A DNA stretch of 64,000 nucleotides from Macrostomum hystrix (taxonomy: Eukaryota > Animalia > Platyhelminthes): the NCBI GenBank assembly GCA_950097015.1, contig CATNEN010000038.1, positions 3,720,001 through 3,784,000 of the forward strand, written 5' to 3'. The position numbers and the translations under genes are program-made. Below, piece after piece: positions 37,961 through 51,679 of the stretch. The notes under the pieces were generated by a model. The model had not been told where the DNA came from and did no database searches. It saw nothing but the letters and a program-made list of their open reading frames with translations. Every line of letters starts with the position of its first letter. Within the stretch, counting starts at the first letter, position 1.

Positions 37961-38691
37961 TACGTGACAGCTCGCGGCCAATCAAGTGTGCCCGTGTGGA
38001 ATTGTCAAGGTCACTCTTCTTAGTCAGGTGATCATCGATTGAAAGGCCTTGGGAATCACCCGGCCGATTCTATTGGCTCAGAGCTGTCACGTGACAGGCA
38101 TTTCGTCCAGTAGCGACCAGTAAGTTTTGCCAATAGGAAGGGCCGGGTGAATCCAAAAGTTGCAAGACTAGCTAAATATGTTCCCATTTTGAATGAACAT
38201 CCTGCAGACTGAGCCGCTCTTAAAGTATTGTGAGCCAACAATGAATAATTTTAATTATTCGCATCAGATAATCAGACAGATTCAGAACGACTTGGTACGA
38301 GTAATGTTCAATATTCGCCGGAAAGCACAATCAGTACAAGCTTCTAAGCACTATGTGTATTGAATCGATTGTGGTTAAAAACTTGAACAGCGACTTCTTC
38401 AAAGCAGAATTTCCGTAGGGAAATTTTACTTGCTGCAGACCACTAAACTAATTGGACACACGAACAAGCCGAACAAAAATGATTTCGTGCCCTGAGGATA
38501 AAGCTGCTAAAAGGTAGGTTTTTTTAACTGTGCGTTACAGACAAAAGTGACAGGCTTGGTAAAGTCTGTTGATTAAAATACAAAAACATGGGATAGAGTA
38601 AGGGCAGATTGACAATATTGAGAAATCATATGTACTTTTAGGGACAATTTAGATAAGCGGGGTTCCGTGATTGGCGGGAGTCAGTCACGTG
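37961..38691. promoter_or_regulatory. Cluster of three CCAAT/E-box composite motifs (ATTGG-N9-GTCACGT) between the convergent PDE8 and PRDM8-like 3' ends
   Basis: 37961-37982 (TACGTGAC-N9-CCAAT), 38072-38095 (ATTGG-N9-GTCACGTGAC), 38670-38691 (ATTGG-N9-GTCACGTG). Confidence 0.55.
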
Positions 38692-38975
38692 CTTGGATTA
38701 AGGGTTGCGTAACTGGAGGTTTTCGCAGCGGTTCTAAAAATAGCAACAACTCAGAATTCCTAAACCAATCAAATTTAAAGCGCCGATTTTGATCATTTCA
38801 AATAAGAAAATTGCGTCTCCCTATTTTAGTAGCCCTTTAATAGTTTAATACTTTTTTAATTTAATAACTTAATAGGTTTAATTTGAAAATTTATGAGTTT
38901 TTGGAAAAAAAGTTAACCAGTTGTTTTACAACTTGACTGAGGATTCTGAGGAGAAGTAATTTTCTCAGTCGGCAG

Positions 38976-41212
38976 CTAGTCATGCGAGGTCATGTGCCGC
39001 GTCAGGTGGTGCCTCTCCCGAAATGTTTCGCCGCAGACGCCGCAGCGAAGTTTTTCGTTTCTCCTCTGTCTGGACAGCTGCAGCTCTGTCTCGGATTTGT
39101 GATGCGTGCGCATGTGGTAGACCAGGTCGCTGGTCATGCGGAATGTGCTGTTGCATTTGGCGCACCAGTTCTGAGTGACTGCCAGCGGGCCAAGCACCGA
39201 GGACGAGCCACCAGCTGGACTACCGCCTGAGCTAATTGACTCGCCAAGGACTGCGTGCTGGAGCAGCTTCTCAACCATGGGGTTGGTCGTCTTGGGCAAG
39301 CTGCTAGAAAGCTGCTGCGAGTTGGTCGTCTTGGAAACAGCGGCTGCCTGACTGCCAGTCGAAGATGAAAGTGTCGTCAGTGGTGGCGACGGAGGCGACG
39401 GCGGAGGCGAAGGAGATCGAGAAGGTGTATCCTCAGGAGTCCGCTGGCGAGTGATGGCTAGAAAGTCCTGCAGCCTCGGTGCTGCCGGAGCAGCCTGCGG
39501 CGGCGGCAGCGGCGCCGGCTGTGGCGGTGGCGGTGGCGGTGGCGGTGGTGCATGCGGCGGCAGCAGCGAAGGAGGCTGCAGAGCCATCGGGAAAATTGGC
39601 GACGTCGACGGGAAAAAAATTGAACTAGCAACCGCAGGGTGGCAGCCGGCGAGCAGAGGGTAGGCGGCAGCGGCGGACAAGCCGGCGACAGGAAAACCTG
39701 ACGGCAGAGGCGCTGAGACTTGAGGTGGCGGCAGCAGCAGCTGCGGCGGTCTCTGGCTCAAAGTTGTAGCAGCTGCAGCAGCAGATGCCGTTGTCGAGCC
39801 GGCTGCCACTGCGGCCGCCGCCGCCGCTGCCGCCATCGCCGCCATTGCCCGATGAAAGTCAAAGCCGGATGGAATGGCGGTCGGCGTGATGTTGCTGGCG
39901 AAGCCGGAGTCGCCAAATCTCGGACGCTTGGTCGGCAGATGCGTCTTTTGGTGGACTACTGGAACAATGGCCCCGCCATTTCCATTGAAATCACCGCTGC
40001 TGTTATCTTTGTTGTTGTTGTTGTTGCATCTAGCTTTGCCGCTGCACTTGAAGACTCTGTGACTCAACTCTGAGTAGGGGTAAGCGAAGCACAGCTCGCA
40101 CTTTGGGCAGGCGTATTGACCTGCGGCTGTGGAGACAGGACTTTTCGGATCATTTTTTGTGTTTCAAATCAGAGATTCTAAATTAAACATGCACATTTTC
40201 TTTGCATAATTTAGCACTGATTAGTGGCTAGAGCTTTTGACTTCTGACTGAGCGATCCCGAGATCGAATCCTGGTTTGAGTCCACGTATCTACGCGACAT
40301 TAGTTTTTTTATCGCCCATATTTTATAAATCGGATAATAACAAACCGCTGGAAAATTCGGGCCAGCGCTTTCTTCAAAAATAAATTTCCTATAAAAAACT
40401 AATTCTATCAACAAAGAATCGCCCATATCTCCCTCTCCTAATCTTCCTCACCGGCTTTCCATCAGCTCATGGAGAGACAGAAGTCCCCAATCTTCTATCT
40501 ATTTCGATTCCTTCCTGAGAAAAAAATTATCTTTAACTTTCTCTCGGCTTTTCCTGGCTCAGGCAGTCCATATTCTGGCATCTGATAAATAACTGAACCC
40601 GGGAAATGGTACTGCTCATTGGCTTTTGAGCCTGGAGCTAAAGCAGCCTTATCTGAAATACGGTCCGGAGTCACTGGACTGGACTGTCCCCGCCACCTCT
40701 CCATTTGGGCTGATCCAGAATGAGAAAATTAACTTTTTAACTGCGTCTGATCTTCGGCGGGGAAGCCACACAGAGATTCTGCTTCCTGCCAGCTTTGAGC
40801 TGTTTCGCTGACTCCTGAGCACACCCGCGCCCTTACTGCGCCCAGCAAGCCCCAAGGTTTCTTTCTCTCCGAATAAATGTGGCCTAGCTGCGGATTCGAG
40901 CTCAGGATCCATGTATCATTCGCTTACTCCGTCAAAAATACAAAGCAGCCAATTATAATCACCATTCTTGACGGGGTCTGCTGCGATGCCCAGCTGCTGA
41001 CGGTAAGCCCGTCCGAACCAGATCATCAGCTCCTCTCCTTCGCGAATGTCTCGAGTGGCTTGGTACCAGACCTCAGCGACGGCGCCTGCGGCTGCGGACG
41101 ATGACTTCACCAGCTCGAGATTCTGCTCCTCCGGGCAGCGGGCCGAGCGTAGGCAGCAGACCCACTCGATCAGCCGGTGCTGCAACTCGGCCCTGCTCGA
41201 CTGTGGCGGCAG
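38976..41212 (-). CDS. PRDM8: PRDM8/ZNF488-like PR(SET)-domain zinc-finger transcription factor, last two exons; 5' end unresolved
   Basis: Exon 41212-40963 encodes the PR C-terminal half (EWVCCLRSARCPEEQNLE...WYQATRDIREGEELMIWFG). Phase-1 splice to exon 40126 (or 40120)-38976 with finger YACPKCELCFAYPYSELSHRVFKC and the PRDM8/ZNF488-type terminal pair QNWCAKCNSTFRMTSDLVYHMRTHH / KLRCGVCGETFRERHHLTRHMTSH. Confidence 0.86.
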
Positions 41213-41251
41213 CTGCGGAAATTAAACAAGTTTTGGAGGCTTTGGGAGTCT

Positions 41252-41647
41252 GGCAGATTGACTGGCAGATTGACAAGATTGACTGGCAGATTGACAAGAT
41301 TGACTGGCAGATTGACTAGATTCACTGGCAGATTGACAAGATTCACTGGCAGATTGACAAGATTCACTTGCAGATTGACTAGATTCACTGGCAGATTGAC
41401 TAGATTCACTGGCAGATTGACTGGCAGATTGACAAGATTGACTGGCAGATTGACTAGATTGACTGGCAGATTGACAAGATTGACTGGCAGATTGACAAGA
41501 TTGACTGGCAGATTGACAAGATTGACTGGCAGATTGACAAGATTGACTGGCAGATTGACAAGATTGACTGGCAGATTGACTAGATTGACTGGCAGATTGA
41601 CTAGATTGACTGGCACATTGACTAGATTGACTGGCGGACAGACAGAC

Positions 41648-41690
<43 letters not shown>

Positions 41691-41691
41691 A

Positions 41692-41728
<37 letters not shown>

Positions 41729-41743
41729 GGCAGGCAGGCAGGC

Positions 41744-41788
<45 letters not shown>

Positions 41789-41791
41789 GGC

Positions 41792-41832
<41 letters not shown>

Positions 41833-41835
41833 GGC

Positions 41836-41876
<41 letters not shown>

Positions 41877-41899
41877 GGCAGACAGGCAGACAGACAGGC

Positions 41900-41932
<33 letters not shown>

Positions 41933-41995
41933 GGCAGACAGACAGACAGGCAGACAGGCAGACAGACAGACAGACAGACAGACAGGCAGACAGGC

Positions 41996-42028
<33 letters not shown>

Positions 42029-42051
42029 GGCAGGCAGACAGACAGGCAGGC

Positions 42052-42092
<41 letters not shown>

Positions 42093-42100
42093 GGCAAGCA
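41252..42100. repeat. 21-bp repeat (GATTGACTGGCAGATTGACAA)n grading into a (GACA)n microsatellite, in the intron upstream of the PR-domain exon
   Basis: Switch near 41635. Confidence 0.95.
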
Positions 42101-42737
42101 GGCAGAAGAAAGAAAAGTTCTGGACAGCAGCGCCCTGGAAATCGAACTCGAGTGGAAGCCAAATTAAGCGGCCGCCATTTCAGCCTTATGCAGCTCAAGC
42201 TTATGATCCTGGCCCCATCATGCATGAGGGCTCTCAGAGCGCACACGCCACAGTCTCCTCGGAGTCCCGGTAACTCCTTCCTGCTGCCGCTAACCGCGTC
42301 TCACGGACCAACTGGCAGTGCCTATCTCCCTCCACCTTTTCGGCTTGGAGCAAAAAAACTCGGCGCAGCCGGTTAAAAAGTGAGCAGCAAAGCAGAGGAG
42401 CTCAGTGCCGGGGAAATGAGCCGTGCTCAAATTAATGCCGGTTGGTTCGACCTACCCAGCCCAGGGGTTAGCGGTGGGGGCAATTGCATTTTCCATCTTT
42501 CACTTTGCCTGCCAGTTCTGTTCAGCGGCCACACGGATGGTCGGTAATTGTCGACCTTGCATCTGCAAATCAGCATTTCTGGCTTCGGTCTTGCTTTCCG
42601 TATCTGGGCCTTTACACATGGGAGATATGTGCCTTACTTGCTGCTGTTTACGGTTGAATTGGTTGTAGATTTTATTGCCGAAAAATCGCGTCGGTTAACA
42701 ACTTTATCGATTGTTTGAGCTTATCAAATCAGTATTG

Positions 42738-43095
42738 ATGTACATTGGCTTGGGCAAGGGGGTTTTAGGCTGAGCTGGCCCAGGAGTGTGTATGTACATT
42801 GGCTTGGGCAAGGGGGTTTTAGGCTGAGCTAGCCCCGGAGTGTGTATGTACATTGGCTTGGGCAACGGGGTTTTAGGCTGAGCTGGCCCAGGAGTGTGTA
42901 TGTACATTGGCTTGAGCAAGGGGGTTTTAGGCTGAGCTGGCCCAGGAGTGTGTATGTACATTGGCTTGGGCAAGGGGGTTTTAGGCTGAGCTGGCCCAGG
43001 AGTGTGTATGTACATTGGCTTGGGCAAGGGGGTTTTAGGCTGAGCTGGCCCAGGAGTGTGTATGTACATTGGCTTGGGCAAGGGGGTTTTAGGCA
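42738..43095. repeat. 57-bp minisatellite, ~6 copies
   Basis: Unit TGTACATTGGCTTGGGCAAGGGGGTTTTAGGCTGAGCTGGCCCAGGAGTGTGTA-like. Confidence 0.93.
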
Positions 43096-44679
43096 AAGCT
43101 GGTACAGTGCGTGTCCATCTGGTTTAAAGGGCCTAACACTGGCAGCATTGGCGCTCAGTAAATTTAGTTTTTATTGAATGTTTTCGGATGAAATTTTTCT
43201 CGACTGATTGAGTAGGAGTGAAGTGATTATCTGTGACGGCGGGAAAGTGAGGGAGCTAGGCGCTGAGCACTGGGACGAGTTCGGGGTCGGAGAGAATGGA
43301 AAGGCCGGATGTTGTCACCGAATTAGATCAATGCCAGCTTGAGCTGTCTTGTGAGCAAACAGAAGAGATTGGGCATGATTGTGTTAGCAGATGCGCCAAG
43401 ACCCAGCCTTCATTGGCCAGATGCTAAATGAAAGTTTATCAGCAGCGTAAGGCAAATTGGCTGCCCTCGAGCTGTTGCTGTGCATGGCCTCGGTCACGCA
43501 GGGACAAAATGCTCACAGAATCATGGCGTTCGCACTGCAGTGTGCGAGCCACTTTGAGCAGTTGTGCTCAGAAATCCAGGTGATGGCAAAGGACGCAAAT
43601 TAGCGAAACTGTTTGGCAAATTGCCAAGCTCACAACATAATGGCGGATACACATCAGCAAATAGCAATGGAAGTGGGGATTAATGGAGCCCACAGAGAGA
43701 CAGCAGCATCATGAACACAATTGGGTTAGTTTTTCCTGTAACTTAGCGAGCTCTGCGGTTTCCCCCCAACAGAGTGCTGCCTCCCCTTCGCCATCAATTG
43801 GATAATCAAACAATTTCTTTATCTGGTCGACGACAACTTTCAGACTGTTTTTGCGCGGCTCAGAGAGCTTATAAAAGACTGCGGCTTTTCTACAAGTCAA
43901 AGCATTAGTTGGGACAGATCTGCCGCTAATGATATCGCAACACAACAGCCACTCGGCCCCGCATTTCATAAGCGTTTCTTAGATAATTCAATGAGCTGAG
44001 GAAGATGTGCCCAGCACCCCCAAGGCCATTGGGCTGGGGTCCAGAAAAACTCACCTAAGAGAATATTCCCGTCCTAGAAGGGATAAAGCCAGGGCGGAAG
44101 GAAGGCCGCCACAGAGCTCTAAGAGGGCGGAGGAAACTACAAAAACATTCCGCTGCAGTTGCTGGGGTGGCTGCGGAAGCCATTCGGCTAAAACAATTAA
44201 CTTCAAACGGACAGAAAGGGACAGACAGATAGAAAGAGAGTTTCTAGGAAAACAGACTGAAGCAGACAAGGCAAGCGGAGAGGCGGAGAGACAAGGATGA
44301 AGGTCTGCGAGAGCAGAAATTCACGGCGATAGGAAATGAAATTATTCAGTGGCTTCTTGTGGTCTCGAATCTTTGTGCCAAGAGAGAGAGAATATGGTTA
44401 GTCTCCGTCCTGATTGAATTATGGCATCGAGTTGAGGATAGGAGCTCCCCGCGCTGTCACAGGAATTGGCACTCATTCAAGGCGTTTCACAATGTTAGTG
44501 GGAAAGCCTTCATTTTAAAGTTGCTTTTTACGTTGAGAACGCATTGAGAACTCGATTCAATCTAGAAATCTAGGATTTCAGGTCGGCCGCCAAGCAGAGT
44601 TCTAGTTTGTGTCGCCCAAATAGGTACTCAAGTGATCTCGACCGGTTTCTCTCGACTAGAGTTGCTGCCAGTTGCTGGG

Positions 44680-45020
44680 GTTCTCAGGTGGATTGGCCGA
44701 GGTTCTCAGGTGGGTTCTCAGGTGGCTTGACTCAGGTTCTCAGGTGGATTGGCCGAGGTTCTGAGGTGGGTTCTCAGGTGGCTTGACTCAGGTTCTCAGG
44801 TGGATTGGCCGAGGTTCTCAGGTGGGTTCTCAGGTGGCTTGGCTCAGGTTCTCAGGTGGATTGGCCGAGGTTCTCAGGTGGCTTGGCTCAGGTTCTCAGG
44901 TGGATTGGCCGAGGTTCTCAGGTGGGTTCTCAGGTGGCTTGGCCGAGGTTCTCAGGTGGCTTGGCTCAGTTCCTCATGTGGCTTGGCTCAGGTTCTCAGG
45001 TGGCTTAATTGGCTCAGGTT
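44680..45020. repeat. Composite repeat built on GGTTCTCAGGTGG
   Basis: Tandem 13-21 bp variants. Confidence 0.9.
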
Positions 45021-46627
45021 CAAAATATCTTCAGTAAAAATTGGCACCAACCTTGACCACAGGCAGGTCGGCCTGGCTGTCAGTCGTGAGGTTGGCGATT
45101 AGGTAGGCAGGGTCGGCGATCAGCAAGGTGACCGGAATGGGTCCGAATCGGCTGCCTTTGCTGATGCGGCATTGCGAGATGACGCCCATTGCTTATGATT
45201 CTTCTGGCACTGCTCCTAGCAGGGAATCAGGAGGCGGATGATTTCTGTTGGCTTCGCCGAAAAAAATGTTACTCGAGTTACTGTGGCTGCTACTAGATGC
45301 GCCTCATCAAGGCTGCATTCATTCACTCAAGTGTGAATAAATATGCTCGGGGCTCGGCTTGAGCAGATTCTCAAACCGGCCTGGGGTGGGGGGTAGGCAC
45401 CATCGCAGGGTCATTACGCTCTTCCCTGAGCCACCTCGAACTCGCTCGCCCCGCTGCTGAATGGGAGGGATTTATTCCCTAGGGAGGAGGCATTCCCAGC
45501 CCGGCAGGAGTTGCGGGGATAAAAGTTGGAAGTCTTCACCAAACTTGACGTGGGCTATTTAGACGAAGTGAATGAGGCGGCTGGGACTTGCCAAGGAAGA
45601 GGGAAGGGAGAAATCTCCCGCTTGATTCTGGCATGATCCCATCGCGGTGCAGCTACAGCAAGAATTACATGGGACGTATGGGATTTTCGGATTATGGACA
45701 AATGGAGTTTGAGGCCGGCTGAATGGTGACTGGGATTAGACTGGACAGGTAATTAACGAGGCACCAGGCACCCCTTGGTGCCTCTCCTCCGGCGGTGCAG
45801 CTTCGTCTCGGCAATCTTCCCGTGGAAATTTATCCCAAACTTATTGGGGCTTATTTTCTGATCAGTCGATTGGCTTGATCAGTCACTTCTGTTGGGCCGG
45901 GCTTGACAACCGTTTCTATGGTTACAAGAAATAGAGACATTCAGGAGTAGCCTTTCACTTACAGTTGCCGCTGACACAGGAGACACTTGATCAGACTGGG
46001 ACCGGACCTCCTTGCCGACTTGGAGCTGAAGAAAATCTGGTGAAGTCGAGTCCCTGGGTATCAGGAAGGCTGCTGCTTAGATATGCAGACTCGAGAGCGT
46101 GAGGATTTCAAACCGACCAATCAGGATTCGATCTGATATTGCGCCGAAGACCAACAGAGAGAGAGGGTGGGATTCACAAGCTTTTGGACCCAAAGTTTTG
46201 CCACTAAACAATTAGATTTATCCGCGGGACTCGAGGATGCAGTTACGCATATGTCAGACTCGTGGATAAAGTGGCTCTGGCTCAATAGGCTGAGTCTGCT
46301 CACATACACAGTCATATATGCCCGGCGCTACGGAATGAAGGCTAACTGAATGCCTATTAATTTCCATATTTCTTTTTCGTAGAAAACCACTGGCCCAACC
46401 CAGGCCTATACGAATGTAGTATACTTCAGTCGCTGTCAGTTTTGGGGCTAAGCACTTGGAACACTCGCCCAATCTCTGTCAGCCACCCTCCCTCTCTTCT
46501 CCTATCTATCCACTACAGCTGGCACAGCTGCTAGCTCCATCACTCATCTTCCCCTCCTTCCAAGCCTCAGACACTCGATTCTTCATCAATTCGACTGATG
46601 GGAGAGAACTGCTCAGGCCCTACTCTA

Positions 46628-46921
<294 letters not shown>

Positions 46922-48426
46922 TGTTCTTACAGTCGGACCAATCGCACATTTTCATTAGGCGCACAGACCAAGGCGCTAAAGTTTTCCAAATGTCGATTGT
47001 CATCTATCATGCGGGGGCAGTGGCTCGTGAGCCTGAAATTCGCTGAATCACATCGGTGCGGACAAGAAGCTGCCCCTGCCGCCCCCACTCGAAGGAATAC
47101 ATCAGGGATCATCCGTAATGCGAAGCCATGCAGCTCTTGACCCATTCTTCTTGAGAACCGTGGAAGCTCATCTCGCATGATTGATCTACTCTTATGTGGC
47201 AGCATTTTCTCTATTTCATTTAATCCTCGCCCCGCTTAGTTATATCTCTCTCTTTGAGCTTGCTAAAGCTAGACACTGGCGGATTAGACAGTGCTATAAT
47301 TTAAAATTGCGCCAAATCAAGGCTGAATGCGGAGGTCACGTCGAGTCGTTTTTCGGATGAATGAAACAGTTATTAAAATTTAGCAAGATGTATGGCGACT
47401 TAGTCAACAATACTTTCGGTGAAGAAATGAAGGATTTCATTATCATTTCGATTTTAACAATATCTTTTCGAGTCTCTCATAGAATGTTTACAGTATCGAT
47501 GGGATCGATAAGTGACTATCTGATTTGACAAAATGATGCAGGAGCATTAGTTTTGTGAGTATTGAGACAAAATAAGTAAAACTCTACAATTTTATGAAAT
47601 TCGGAGCGATTTAAATTAAACCAGCCGAAAAGACGACAGCAATGTTCATGCAACATAGGACCCACATTTTTATAAAACTTAATCCGAAAGTCTATTTTCG
47701 CTGCCTTACGTAGCCGCACAGTTTTAATTATTTTAAACTAGTTAAGATTCTTTGGTTCTATAGTTACAATTACAGTTACAGTCTTTTACTTTAAGTTAAG
47801 AATTGGAAAAAAAGTCCTCTTTGGGCTGATCGGCAAGAGTATGTATGCAAAAGGATGCGAAAAATATGCTGGCGATTACATGTATGTATATATATACAGC
47901 CACAAAATCTGTACAAGCAAATGGTTTACAGCAGAATGAATTACTGTTTAGCAAAGTACTAATTAGTACTTAATATTAGTACTTAACGGATTTTTACTGC
48001 AAGTTCTACAGGGTCCTCGTTGATCGGAACTTATTTCTTGAGGTTTTGAATATTTGCTAAATTTAAAAGTATAACAAATGAGTAAACTTTTAACAATGCA
48101 TTTTTCGTTTGCGTGTATTTAAAACGAAAGTATTTATAAAAATTATTTTATTTTATTATTTTTGTCGTTAAAATAAAAAAATTATGTATGAATCATGGTG
48201 CTAGAAATAGTTTTTATTCGCGCAGTATTTAAGCAGGTTTATTTCACCATTTGTGCTGCATCGTCCGCAATAAGTTAGGAAATACCCTCCATACGACAGC
48301 ACGAGATTTCGCTAGACTTGCATTGCCATTACACGGCAATACCATTCAAGTAGTTACTGGTAAGTTATTGTATTTCTGAAGAAAGAATTATCTTCCAACA
48401 GAATCGTTTAATTGTGACGTGTTACT

Positions 48427-49272
48427 ATGGATTTCGATAACGAATGGATTTCAGAGCTAACAGTCGAAATTCAGTCGTCAAGCGACAACCAATCGAGCGT
48501 AAGTTGCACTAAGAGACAATGCCAGGACCAGGTCAGACGCAGTACAATGACGCACACATACAAGACAGCTCAGCGCACCAAGATTCTTGGCGCGTCTGGC
48601 CCAATTGGCCGCAAAATACTTTCCGCGAGCCGTTTGTCGTTTTCCGGCCGGGAACGCAGTTCGCCCAGTCGCTGTGGCCTATTTAGCGCCACCAAGCCAG
48701 AGGCCAGACCCGCCACAATCGGAATCGACATAGACGACGACGACGCTCTTCGAAGTTTTTTAAATCCAAAAATGGATTCGCAAATATCTGTACTTTCAAC
48801 TGACAGTGGAATTCTTCCAAGCGACATTCGCAACTCATCCTTCGTTGACGATGTAATCGGTGAGCTGACTAGCCAGGGAATTTGTCACGCAGACATAATC
48901 TGCGAGCCAGAGCCTGTACAGCCTGAGCCTGCAATAGTAAATGCGGAGTCTCGCAAGAGAAAGGCCAGATCACCATTGGAACTGCCGGTCCTGTCGCCAG
49001 ATTCCATCGCAGATGATCAGATTACATCGTCACATGAGCCCTTCTATTCAGGTAGCAGCAATTCTGGGGACCTGAAGCGACTGAAGAACAATGAGGCTTC
49101 AAGAAAGTCTCGAGCAAGTCGAAAGTACAAAAGCAGTCTAAAAGAGAAAGAGATTGCCACCCTAGAAGAGGAGAATCTGAGGCTAAATGTATTGCTGAAA
49201 GACTTCAACCAAGTGGCTGCAACCTGCAAGCGCTGGCTAGTTCAGAGAATGGAGAATCCAGGAGACTTTTAA
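48427..49272 (+). CDS. bZIP transcription factor, 281 aa (PAR/C-EBP/ATF4-like basic region), single coding exon
   Basis: Non-repetitive ATG-to-stop ORF. C-terminal KRLKNNEASRKSRASRK (N-x7-R) followed by heptads I-x2-L-x3-N-x2-L. Confidence 0.87.
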   Translation: MDFDNEWISELTVEIQSSSDNQSSVSCTKRQCQDQVRRSTMTHTYKTAQRTKILGASGPIGRKILSASRLSFSGRERSSPSRCGLFSATKPEARPATIGIDIDDDDALRSFLNPKMDSQISVLSTDSGILPSDIRNSSFVDDVIGELTSQGICHADIICEPEPVQPEPAIVNAESRKRKARSPLELPVLSPDSIADDQITSSHEPFYSGSSNSGDLKRLKNNEASRKSRASRKYKSSLKEKEIATLEEENLRLNVLLKDFNQVAATCKRWLVQRMENPGDF

Positions 49273-50874
49273 ATCAAATAACATTATATTTGCTGGCTAT
49301 GGCACATGTGGTATGATTTTTAAGTGAGCATTGTTGTTAGCTAGGCCTAGTTAAGTCTAAATGAGTCCAAATTCTTATTTTTTATTAAATGTCTTTGGGA
49401 TTCACATATCAATCTTTAATAGACATTTGTCTTATAATTGATGCTTTCAAAAAATAGACATAGCTAGCTACTTGTCACAATCCTCATGAAAACTAAGAAT
49501 TATTGCTATAATGATAACTCAGCCTACAATTCCATGGTTGCAATTTTGAACTCGTCATTTTTTCATCATCAAAAGCTGATAAAATGAAAGAATCTTATAA
49601 AAATGTGCAAAAAATTCTACTATATAAAAAATCCAGCTAGGCTGGTCCTGTCTGATTTGATAGTCTTTTACAAGTAAAATTACAGTATGCTCTGCTCTCA
49701 TCTGCAAGGAAATATTTTCTTAAAACTTGCAGTCACATTTGTGTGCATGTGTTAATAATAGCTTATGAAATGTATTCCTGCATAGCTGTGTAAGATTTCA
49801 TGTTTTATTTTCTGTCTTGTAGGCTATCTTGTGTTTTACGCATGCTTAGAGTTAAAGGTACATGACTATTTTCACTTAACCAAACGCAGTGCTGCACACG
49901 TTTTTGCTATTTTGTGTTGTGTTCTGTTGTAATTCAAAGATCTTTATTTATATGGTTTTAATTTCACAAAAAACATAACTTACTATATCTGGCTCAGTGT
50001 GTGTGTGTTTTTCCAGATGCACGGAACTATATCTGGCTGTTGTTACCCAAAATATTAGGTAAATAAAATAAAAAATACAAGTTACATTACATAAAATTCA
50101 ATAGTTAATATTTCTGCCTAAAAACATCTTGGCTAAATTTGTTTTCATATAAATTACAATTACTTTTACAAAATAATGCTTTCTTATCTTTGTTGGTAGG
50201 AATTGTGCTCATTTTATAGTGAAACATTAATTTTAATATGGGAATTTCACATTCGACCATTTTGGGAATGTCAAATAGGACAGTTCTCACTAATCATTAC
50301 CCCCGCTTATTTATGGTTTACAGCTCGCGTGCGGTCACACGCAAATTAAAGAACAATGATCGGCTTTGTACTTTTAATTAGCGTCGGCTACAGGCTGCCA
50401 AGGCTTGAATGGGACAGAGGCTTATAGGGCGTCATGGCAACGTGTGACGCTAGCTTCTATTTTTATCCGTTGGCTGCACTATTGTTGGGGCTGGGTGAAA
50501 TACTCCAATTCCTACCTCTTCTCTATATGTTTTGTTTGCATAGCAACCACACGTAGCAGGGCCAGAGCTGCTCTCTATAACACAAGATTGCAATGTAATG
50601 TACACTTACCGGGTAATGTAATGTACGCATTACACAAGCTATTCTTAGAAAATGACGCTATTAATCTATTTTGGCAATTATTTTACCTAAGTGTACAGGG
50701 CACAATATAGCTGCTGCCATTAATTCGTTTCGCACCAGATTTAGTGCCTAATTTAGTGGAATGAGCGAATTAGAATCAGTTTAACTTTTCAGTTTCATAT
50801 TACAGCGAGCGGTGCGTGTTGACACTCGCCAAAAAGCACATAGGATCTATGCGTTTTCTCTCGTACATCACATC

Positions 50875-51520
50875 ATATCTCTCATCTCTCTAAACTCTAC
50901 TATCTCCTCTCATCTATCCTATCTCCTCTCACCTCTCCTATCTCCTTTCACCTCTCCTATCTCCTTTCACCTCTCCTATCTCCTCTCACCTCTCCTATCT
51001 CCTCTCACCTCTCCTATCTCCTCTCACCTCTCCTATCTCCTTTCACCTCTCCTATCTCCTTTCACCTCTCCTATCTCCTCTCACCTCTCCTATCTCCTCT
51101 CACCTCTCCTATCTCCTTTCACCTCTCCTATCTCCTTTCACCTCTCCTATCTCCTCTCACCTCTCCTATCTCCTCTCACCTCTCAGCTATCTCTTTTCAC
51201 CTCTCCTATCTCCTCTCACCTCTCCTATCTCCTCTCACCTCTCCTATCTCCTTTCACCTCTCCTATCTCCTCTCACCTCTCCTATCTCCTCTCATCTCTC
51301 CTATCTCGTCTCGCCTCTACTATCGCCTCTCAATCTCCTATCTCCTTTCACCTCTCCTATCTCCTCTCACCTCTCCTATCTCCTCTCATCTCTCCTATCT
51401 CGTCTCGCCTCTACTATCGCCTCTCACATCTCCTATCTCCTCTCACCTCTCCTATCTCCTCTCACCTCTCCTATTTCCTCTTACCTATCCTATCTCCCCT
51501 CTCTAACCTTTCCTATCTCA
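50875..51520. repeat. ~19-bp pyrimidine-rich minisatellite (CTCCTATCTCCTCTCACCT)n
   Basis: Tandem copies. Confidence 0.93.
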
Positions 51521-51679
51521 TCCGTCTTTTTGGGAGTTTCCTGAAACTTATGATTTGCAGATATGCATCATACTCTATCAATAGTAAGACGGAGACATTT
51601 TCTGTCAATTTAGGCGAAAACTGTATGCGAAAATATCTTAGCTTGAGTGCCATCATTAAGCAAAAAATCATTTCTTAGA

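Noticed and set aside
42704-43096. Pro-rich (PKPMYIHTPGPAQPKTPL)n ORF
   Set aside because: Product of a 57-bp array with no convincing ATG or splice context.
45758-45786. Short hairpin GAGGCACCA...TGGTGCCTC
   Set aside because: A 9-bp stem with no supporting context can arise by chance.
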